DNA of 64,000 bases from contig JBAYMO010000001.1 in the NCBI GenBank assembly GCA_041663485.1, positions 11,023-75,022 on the forward strand, written 5' to 3'. The notes beneath the pieces were generated by a model that was not told the origin of the DNA, made no database searches, and saw only the letters and a program-made list of their open reading frames with translations. Of the stretch, positions 56,160 through 64,000 are shown piece after piece (position 1 is the stretch's first letter; each line of letters opens with the position of its first letter). Source of the stretch: Candidatus Buchananbacteria bacterium (GTDB taxonomy: Bacteria; Patescibacteriota; Patescibacteriia; Buchananbacterales; UBA6539). The translations under genes were made by a program, and so were the position numbers.

Positions 56160-57299
56160 TCAGCCCCTGCCGACGTTTGCGCGTTGCTTTTTGCTGCGTT
56201 TGGCCACGACCGCCTGGCCCGGCTTGACTTCTTCCAAGGCTTGCTTGGCTATCGTCGTGTCGGGTTGTTCGATGGCCACTTCGTCGTGGTGAACGGCTTC
56301 CACTTCCTGCACCTCCGTGCCCTGGGGCAGTTCCTGCGCGGGAACGTGAATGGCTTCGGGTACGGCATTGGCCGATTTCAGCGCAGCGTGTAGGGCTTCG
56401 CCTAGCTGGCCAAAGCCGCTGCCGCTGATCGCGGGCGCAGGCGCCTGAACGACCGGCTTCGGTTTGGCCGCCTTGGTCGCGGCGAACCGCTGAAGCCCCT
56501 CCCAATCCGTCTTGGTCAGGAAGGTGTAGTTGACTGCGAATAAATCGCGACCAACCTTGACCGCGATGAACTGGCAGATCGTGCGCGGCTCACTGACCAG
56601 CATGTACTCCGCGTTGGCGGAAATATGCTGCCCCCGATGAAACCCCGTTGGCACCAGAATCGAGAAGCACCGGGCCTCCCGATCCATCGAGACAAACACG
56701 CACCCCGTGCGTTCCGTCTCGATCAGACAGTAATTTCCCTCCCCGGTCGGAAAGTTGACCATGGAACCCTGAAGGGCGAGGCTGATGTTCCCGTCAACGC
56801 GACATTGCGTCAGACCGACCACCAGAATTCCATTCTTCTGGCGATAGATTTGCACAGCCGCCGCCGCATTGATTGAATCCGTCAATGCCATCTGGTAACC
56901 GGCCTGGCTGGCCTCATGGATTTTGTTCAACTCGTCGGCCTTGGCCTCGGCCGTGGCCAACATTTCCTCGATTCCGACGACACCATTATCGACGGCCATT
57001 TTCAGGCCGTCGACAGCTTTGCGCGCGACCGACAATTCGGCCGGCACATTATCCATGGCCGACTGCCAGGCCTTGTAGACACTGAGGCTGGTGGGCCTCG
57101 TGTCAAATACGGCCAACCCACTGTCTTGGTGGGTCAGGCCACACAAGGCCTGCGCGTCGCCGAACTTGACAAGCTGCAAGTTGGCCGGGTCTGACGGGAC
57201 CAAGAGCACTCGCATGCCCAGCCAGCCTTCGCCAACTGAGACCAAGCCTGCGCCGAAGTCAACTTCGACTTCCGGCCCGCACGATGGATTTGCACTCAT
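56160..57299 (-). CDS. Hypothetical 379-aa protein encoded by a roughly 60% GC island, probably of foreign origin
   Basis: The only long ORF spanning the 56.1-57.3 kb GC-rich block; GGAGGAAACGAC-ATG SD. The C-terminal tail AKRSKKQRANVGRG is basic and Ala/Pro/Lys-rich. No recognisable domain. Confidence 0.6.
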   Translation of the reverse strand: MSANPSCGPEVEVDFGAGLVSVGEGWLGMRVLLVPSDPANLQLVKFGDAQALCGLTHQDSGLAVFDTRPTSLSVYKAWQSAMDNVPAELSVARKAVDGLKMAVDNGVVGIEEMLATAEAKADELNKIHEASQAGYQMALTDSINAAAAVQIYRQKNGILVVGLTQCRVDGNISLALQGSMVNFPTGEGNYCLIETERTGCVFVSMDREARCFSILVPTGFHRGQHISANAEYMLVSEPRTICQFIAVKVGRDLFAVNYTFLTKTDWEGLQRFAATKAAKPKPVVQAPAPAISGSGFGQLGEALHAALKSANAVPEAIHVPAQELPQGTEVQEVEAVHHDEVAIEQPDTTIAKQALEEVKPGQAVVAKRSKKQRANVGRG

Positions 57300-57438
57300 G
57301 TCGTTTCCTCCAGATAGGTAGGTTCACGTAAAAGAAGCAACCGTTGAAAAAACCAACAGGGTTTATCAACGTTATTTCGGCAACAGGCCGAAATTCGAAC
57401 CTTGGAACAGCCAAAGTTCGAGTCAAAATTGACTTTCT

Positions 57439-57467
57439 ACCATATCATATTATCATAAAAAAGTCAA
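57439..57467 (-). promoter_or_regulatory. Sigma70 promoter (TTGACT-17-TATGGT) for the GC-island gene. A palindrome, AGTCAAAATTGACT, lies near the TSS.
   Basis: Plus-strand agtcaa at 57462-57467 and accata at 57439-57444. A 14-bp palindrome at 57419-57432 sits at the start of the 5' UTR of about 130 nt. Confidence 0.5.
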
Positions 57468-57490
57468 CCTTGACCAAAAAATTATAGTAA

Positions 57491-57519
57491 TTGACACTAA
57501 TTTAAAAGAATTATATGAT
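57491..57519 (+). promoter_or_regulatory. Sigma70 promoter (TTGACA-17-TATGAT) for the zinc-ribbon gene, divergent from the island-gene promoter
   Basis: ttgaca at 57491-57496, tatgat at 57514-57519. Confidence 0.55.
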
Positions 57520-57604
57520 GGCAAAGGCAATGTTTCTATTGCTATCTCTGCACCTTACCTCAAAACTATTTTACCCAACCAACATTAATCTGGAGGATGA
57601 TTAA

Positions 57605-57904
57605 ATGCCAGAAACCAATGCCATTGCTGTCATGCCGGGCAGAATTGATACAACCGGCCTCTGTTCTGCTTGTAAAAAGGATGTCTCGTTTCTTTTTCCT
57701 TTTATCGAAAATGGAGAAATTCCCCGGCCTAATTATTGCCCAAAATGCAAAACACCGTTTCGGGAAGGAGAAATTGACAGGATAATTTTGAAGTGCGGAA
57801 ACTGCGATACAAAAATCGTAGCGCCTGATGAAATTATTTACTGTACCGGTTGCGGAAAAAAAATTATTTATCCCCCAAAGGATGATGGGCAACCCAATGA
57901 CTAA
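57605..57904 (+). CDS. Double zinc-ribbon small protein (four CxxC pairs)
   Basis: 99 aa; CSAC, CPKC, CGNC and CTGC pairs, with a GGAGGA SD upstream. Confidence 0.6.
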   Translation: MPETNAIAVMPGRIDTTGLCSACKKDVSFLFPFIENGEIPRPNYCPKCKTPFREGEIDRIILKCGNCDTKIVAPDEIIYCTGCGKKIIYPPKDDGQPND

Positions 57905-57936
57905 AAACGCGGTTGTCCCTTTTTATTAAACAAAAA

Positions 57937-57955
57937 CCCCGGCTATTAACCGGGG
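57937..57955 (-). terminator. Intrinsic terminator of the 627-aa gene (ccccgg/ccgggg hairpin followed by a U-run on the minus strand)
   Basis: Hairpin ccccggctattaaccgggg followed on the minus strand by TTTTTGTTT. Confidence 0.55.
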
Positions 57956-57972
57956 TAAGCAGATAGATCTAC

Positions 57973-59856
57973 TTATCTGTTCTTAAAAAAATTTGATAAA
58001 TTATTTATGTCTTGTTGAGACGGCGGTTTGGTTTTTCTTTCTTTGGCTGCTATTCTGTCTGCTTCGGCCTTGTTCTCTTTATCTTTTCTTAATTGCGCCT
58101 CTCTTTCATCTTTGAGCCTTTTTTCCTCAATTAATTCTTGTTGTTCTTCAAGCCATGGTTTTAACTTTTTAAATAAATAAGGCGACAGTTCTTCCAAAAT
58201 TTCCGGAGCAACTTCCGCTAAATATTCAGGATTACTAAATTGTCCGGCAGCCAAAAGATTTCTCACCCCATGCCCTTTATCTTGATTACCGTTTAGCAAG
58301 TCTCGATTTGTTTTTAAATCAAAACCAATTATTTTATTGGTCACCAAAAGTAGAGCCCGCTTGGTCCCATCAGGGTTATATAAAGTCGATGTTTTAGAGC
58401 GTGCATTTGATTGTTCCTGACTGTCGTCAATAACCACACCAGTTTTGGCCAATTCAATAAGTCCAGCAGAACCATTAAGTTCTTGCCGACTTGGGAATAA
58501 ATAATGCTTAACTAATAGCGGCAATTGCCCAGCAATAAAACTTTTTTTAATGCCCTCAGTCTTATTGCTTAAATTGGATGATAAACTATAAAGCGCGTCC
58601 TTAATACTTCTTTCGAGCCTAAAATCCTGATCCAAGTCGGTTTCCGATTCTGATTTCGATAATGCCTGTAGTTTAGTTAAAACGTTAAGCCATCTGTCTA
58701 AAAGCGGTTCCTGACCAATAACGGTTTCATTGGGATAGCGCTCTAGCAGTTCGTCTTCAATAGACAAAAGCGCCTGATTGCTTTTCGGTTCGTCTATCAG
58801 TTGACTCATGGCCAAAACTTCATCAACACATTCATTTTCTTTAGCTTCAACCAGTCTCCTGGCTTGGCCTAAGCTTTGACAACCAAAATGTTCCATCGCT
58901 TCAAGGCATTTACCGGCCATTTCGGTTACTTGACCATTTTCATCTAAACAATCAAATACCATCAGTTCTTTAACAACAGTTTTTTCAAGCTTCTCGGCCG
59001 ATTTGGGATACCACTTTTTAACATTTTCTCGCAACTTTTCTACCCATAGTGCAACTGGTTGACTATTCTTTTCTTTAAGTGCTTCTAAAACAAAACCGTC
59101 AAAATCAGCTAAATAATTTTCGTCTGGTATTTCTTTGCCATAAGTCACGGGACGTTGATGATCGTCAGTGGCATATTTATCATACAGAGGAATATAGCTA
59201 TTGCTAGCCTCACGCCGACGGGCAATCTCTTCTCGGCTCGCCATCCGTGTTGCCATTACTAATAAACCAGAACTCAAATCGATGCCAGAAACGGTCTGTA
59301 AACCGCTATCTAGGAGTACAACATCTGGCTTTGGTCTCTGACGTCCACCCTGATTGGAATTGTTATTTATTATCTCATTTCGTTGTCCAAAAAATTTTTC
59401 TGCTGATGATGAAGTAACAGCAACTCGTCTTTTGAAATATGGCGCGTTAAATTGTCTTGATTGACGAGCCGGCACATATTCTTTGACTACATCAATCTGA
59501 CGATTAGGCTGGCTACGGCCAATCACTTTGGCTACTTTATCAACAACCCCGCTTGAAGGCGCCATAATCACCATATCTTTTTCAACTAAAGCCCTAACGT
59601 CATCGTCTATTTTATTCTGTTGGGCTAATTCATCAAACCAAGCAATCACTTCACGCGCCCGATCTTCTAAATTCAATTGGCCTAAATTTCTAACGCCTAA
59701 TTTACCTTTAACATATTCAGCAAACTCAGACGGCTGATCGGGTGGAAACTTCACGCTAAAACCATCAATTATATCATCTTTAAATTTATCTAAACCAATC
59801 AATGATTCTCTTTCTTCCGGCGATTGGGGCATTTGATTAATGAATTCCCTGTCCAT
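57973..59856 (-). CDS. Hypothetical 627-aa protein, start corrected to the internal ATG
   Basis: The long ORF call (to 60045) overlaps the upstream gene. The ATG at 59856 (MDREFINQMPQSP) removes that overlap. Mostly helical with a Lys/Glu-rich C-terminus and no motif. Confidence 0.55.
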   Translation of the reverse strand: MDREFINQMPQSPEERESLIGLDKFKDDIIDGFSVKFPPDQPSEFAEYVKGKLGVRNLGQLNLEDRAREVIAWFDELAQQNKIDDDVRALVEKDMVIMAPSSGVVDKVAKVIGRSQPNRQIDVVKEYVPARQSRQFNAPYFKRRVAVTSSSAEKFFGQRNEIINNNSNQGGRQRPKPDVVLLDSGLQTVSGIDLSSGLLVMATRMASREEIARRREASNSYIPLYDKYATDDHQRPVTYGKEIPDENYLADFDGFVLEALKEKNSQPVALWVEKLRENVKKWYPKSAEKLEKTVVKELMVFDCLDENGQVTEMAGKCLEAMEHFGCQSLGQARRLVEAKENECVDEVLAMSQLIDEPKSNQALLSIEDELLERYPNETVIGQEPLLDRWLNVLTKLQALSKSESETDLDQDFRLERSIKDALYSLSSNLSNKTEGIKKSFIAGQLPLLVKHYLFPSRQELNGSAGLIELAKTGVVIDDSQEQSNARSKTSTLYNPDGTKRALLLVTNKIIGFDLKTNRDLLNGNQDKGHGVRNLLAAGQFSNPEYLAEVAPEILEELSPYLFKKLKPWLEEQQELIEEKRLKDEREAQLRKDKENKAEADRIAAKERKTKPPSQQDINNLSNFFKNR

Positions 59857-59872
59857 GTTTTTTATCTCTAAT

Positions 59873-60742
59873 TCATTGATTAACCGGCATAAAAGATTCC
59901 GAACTGATAATATCAGCTTCCGGATAAATCTCCACGCTTGATACCGCCGGTAAAGATTCATACCAGCGCATCTCGACTTCGCGCGTTTCTTTAGATAACA
60001 AGTTATCCAAAGAAATGTAATTGGCGCCAACCGGCGAAGTACCATTGAGTAATATCATATAAACTCCCACATGCCAATAACCATAGGCGCTGTCATTCAA
60101 AATTTTAAAATTCAAAATGCTAACCGGCAAATCGCCTTTCACGCCCGACTCCCCGGCAGCTTTGAAATTAATGTCACTGACTTTAAATTTTAACCGCTGA
60201 CTGCCATAAACAGAAAAATTATTAAACCGGCTCCAATCTACTTTAACGATTCTGACAGAGGCCCCGGCCGCATCCGCAATCTCTTGACCAAAGATGCCCA
60301 AATATTTTTCCTCACCGGCGTAAACATACCCGGTTTTTTCCGCCAAAATCTGATCATTTACTAAAAGCTGATAAGTAACATTGAGGGCCACAAAATTATT
60401 ATTGGGATTTTTTACTTTAAAGATAAAATCATATTTTCCCTCCCCGTCTTTTAAAGCATTCGAACTGAGAATTTGCAAATCTTGGGGTTTCTGTGTTTGG
60501 CGGAAATAGCTATAATCAATCAAATTATTTGGCAAATTGGCCAGATCAGCTTGCTGAGCCTGGTCGTTAATTAAAATAACTACCAACCGATAAATCGAAT
60601 AACTATATAAAATAACGCAAAAAGCTATCAACACACCAACTAAAACCTTTTTTAACTGGAGCTTATGATTTATATACCAGTAGCTGACTTTTAGTTGCCA
60701 GTGACTAATTTGTCCGGGTGGTTGAGTGTTTGGAGTAGCCAT
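59873..60742 (-). CDS. Hypothetical membrane-anchored protein (289 aa)
   Basis: One N-terminal TM helix followed by a beta-rich extracytoplasmic domain. Lies 17 nt upstream of the 627-aa gene. Confidence 0.5.
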   Translation of the reverse strand: MATPNTQPPGQISHWQLKVSYWYINHKLQLKKVLVGVLIAFCVILYSYSIYRLVVILINDQAQQADLANLPNNLIDYSYFRQTQKPQDLQILSSNALKDGEGKYDFIFKVKNPNNNFVALNVTYQLLVNDQILAEKTGYVYAGEEKYLGIFGQEIADAAGASVRIVKVDWSRFNNFSVYGSQRLKFKVSDINFKAAGESGVKGDLPVSILNFKILNDSAYGYWHVGVYMILLNGTSPVGANYISLDNLLSKETREVEMRWYESLPAVSSVEIYPEADIISSESFMPVNQ

Positions 60743-60848
60743 AATAATAAAAATTAATACTTTTATTATAACATATTCTTAAAAATCCCACACTTAAATT
60801 AAAATTGTTATTTTATGACTCTTGGATTCTTTTTGTTCAATTTTGCCC

Positions 60849-60877
60849 TTGAACCTTTTATGATTTTCTGCTAAAAT
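60849..60877 (+). promoter_or_regulatory. Sigma70 promoter (TTGAAC-17-TAAAAT) for gyrB
   Basis: ttgaac at 60849-60854, taaaat at 60872-60877. Confidence 0.5.
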
Positions 60878-60934
60878 ATAAGCAGTGAAATCTTTCTAAA
60901 TCTAAGCAATATTTCGCCAATATTTATAGGCTAA

Positions 60935-62989
<2,055 letters not shown>

Positions 62990-63007
62990 ATTTTCATTAA
63001 GTTCTTT

Positions 63008-63040
63008 AAAGCTCCGGCAGTGCCGGAGCTTTATATTTCA
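63008..63040 (+). terminator. Intrinsic terminator of gyrB
   Basis: Stem aaagctccggc/gccggagcttt followed by a T-rich run. Confidence 0.6.
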
Positions 63041-63124
63041 CAAATTATGAACCAATAATAAATTATTTACATAAAAAAAATAAGGCCGACGATAAATCGC
63101 GACCCTAAAGCATTGGTTTTTAAC

Positions 63125-63400
63125 TTAAAATGGTAGGCGGTCTGCCGCGAGTTCCTGTCGGAACTCTTCAACCTCGGCCGGCGTGATTTCGCCCAACGCC
63201 TCGGCGGGCAAATCCAGCCCAGCCGGTTTAATCGCCGTGACCGTAATCCGATTCATATTATCGCATTCAGGACACACGATAAATATTACCATCACCTCGT
63301 CATTGACCAGCCGTTCACATTCGTTGTCGGTAACAGTAAGACCAAACTGAATGGCCTGACCACATTGACGACAGCGAAACACCAAAACAATTTTTTTCAC
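63125..63400 (-). CDS. GC-rich small zinc-ribbon protein (91 aa, GTG start)
   Basis: CRQCGQ ... CPECDN; GGAGG SD 6 nt upstream of the GTG. About 58% GC. Confidence 0.5.
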   Translation of the reverse strand: MKKIVLVFRCRQCGQAIQFGLTVTDNECERLVNDEVMVIFIVCPECDNMNRITVTAIKPAGLDLPAEALGEITPAEVEEFRQELAADRLPF

Positions 63401-63652
63401 AATAGACCTCCATGGCTAAAACCCAAAATAGCAGACAACAAAAAATCTAATTTGCGTATCGGCATCGCGAACCGATTTGCTGTTCAAAAACAAAGGATAA
63501 TTACTAAAAGAACCAAACCGGTTTGAAACAACGCCGCTAATTATTTCTACTAAAAATCATCAGATAATACGACAATCTAACATAAATAATCAAAAAAATC
63601 AAGGCTAACGCAATGGATCAAGGTAGCAAACTGCCGTATCATATATAGCCCC

Positions 63653-63682
63653 TTGACTTTATTAGATTAATTGTGGTAGAAT
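63653..63682 (+). promoter_or_regulatory. Candidate promoter (TTGACT-18-TGgTAGAAT, extended -10) upstream of secE
   Basis: ttgact at 63653-63658, tagaat at 63677-63682 with TG at -15/-14. Followed by the hairpin aagccc/gggctt plus T5 at 63701-63720. Confidence 0.35.
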
Positions 63683-63774
63683 AATTAAGTAAATTAAATA
63701 AAGCCCAGCGACGGGCTTTTTAAAAAACTTTAAAAAATCAATTGGTAATCATAAGCGAATAATAAACAAAAATT

Positions 63775-63966
63775 ATGACTATTTTTGAACGCCTCACTAA
63801 TTACATCAAAACCTCCCACCAAGAACTGAAAAAAGTCGTTTGGCCAACCAAAAAGGAAGTAATCCAACACACCCTCATGGTCATCGGCATCAGCTTGGGC
63901 GTGGCCGCTTTTTTGGGCATTATTGACTATATTTTAGTCTATATCATGGGAATTATTATTAAATAA
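63775..63966 (+). CDS. secE: Preprotein translocase subunit SecE
   Basis: 63 aa with a single C-terminal TM helix and typical SecE sequence. Confidence 0.7.
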   Translation: MTIFERLTNYIKTSHQELKKVVWPTKKEVIQHTLMVIGISLGVAAFLGIIDYILVYIMGIIIK

Positions 63967-64000
63967 CAAACGCGTATGCCAAAACAAACATTACAACAAG

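Noticed and set aside
56100-57300. GC island as a contaminant or chimeric join
   Set aside because: Not fully excluded. However, both junctions are continuous with host-type DNA, and the ORF is fitted precisely behind a host-type promoter and SD with a host-type terminator region beyond it. I therefore kept it as a finding, with read-level verification requested.
56100-57321. Six additional overlapping ORFs of 70-120 aa on both strands inside the GC island
   Set aside because: These are typical spurious frames of high-GC DNA. Only the 379-aa frame has an SD and spans the island.
59857-60045. N-terminal 63-codon extension of the 690-aa ORF call
   Set aside because: It overlaps the C-terminus of the upstream 289-aa gene in another frame and is Arg/Cys-rich nonsense. 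The internal ATG at 59856 gives a clean 17-nt intergenic gap.

Overview
This 64 kb window is AT-rich (about 36-38% GC by eye), gene-dense bacterial chromosome, with most genes on the minus strand. It is plausibly from a small-genome CPR/Patescibacteria-like anaerobe. That placement is an inference from gene content; no rRNA is present.

Core content:
- Cell-wall and division genes: the ftsQ 3' end, ddl and alr, then a PBP2-mreD-mreC-mreB rod module.
- Translation genes: serS, lysS, frr, rpsB-tsf.
- greA, rseP and holB.
- Lower glycolysis: gap, pgk, eno, and two tandem paralogous gpmI genes.
- An exopolysaccharide glycosyltransferase cluster.
- A long minus-strand group-3 NiFe hydrogenase supercluster. 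It contains hydB and hydG, three unknown genes, a CbiM/PDGLE nickel-uptake pair, hypC, an EamA transporter, an unknown 259-aa gene, the hydrogenase small and large subunits, and a zinc-fingerless hypA-like gene.

An accessory stretch runs from about 49.6 to 60.8 kb, between rpsB and gyrB:
- A GC-rich ROK kinase gene.
- A UmuD-like peptidase fused to an excisionase-type HTH, followed by umuC; the two are separated by an 88-bp MITE-like element.
- A MacB-type ABC exporter.
- A sharply bounded island of about 1.2 kb at roughly 60% GC carrying a single 379-aa ORF driven by a native-looking promoter.
- Zinc-ribbon proteins and two large unknown proteins.

Other notable loci:
- Two promoter- and terminator-bounded GC-rich structured-RNA islands. 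One (12.4-12.85 kb, plus strand) looks like RNase P RNA. The other (7.57-7.9 kb, minus strand) is unclassified.
- A YerC/TrpR-like regulator next to a radical SAM/SPASM enzyme with cysteine-rich small proteins, at elevated GC.
- A second MreB paralog coupled to a 548-aa protein with a caspase/CHAT-like His/Cys C-terminal domain.

Many near-consensus sigma70 promoters (TTGACA-17-TATAAT) and intrinsic terminators can be read directly. No CRISPR array, rRNA or convincing tRNA was found.
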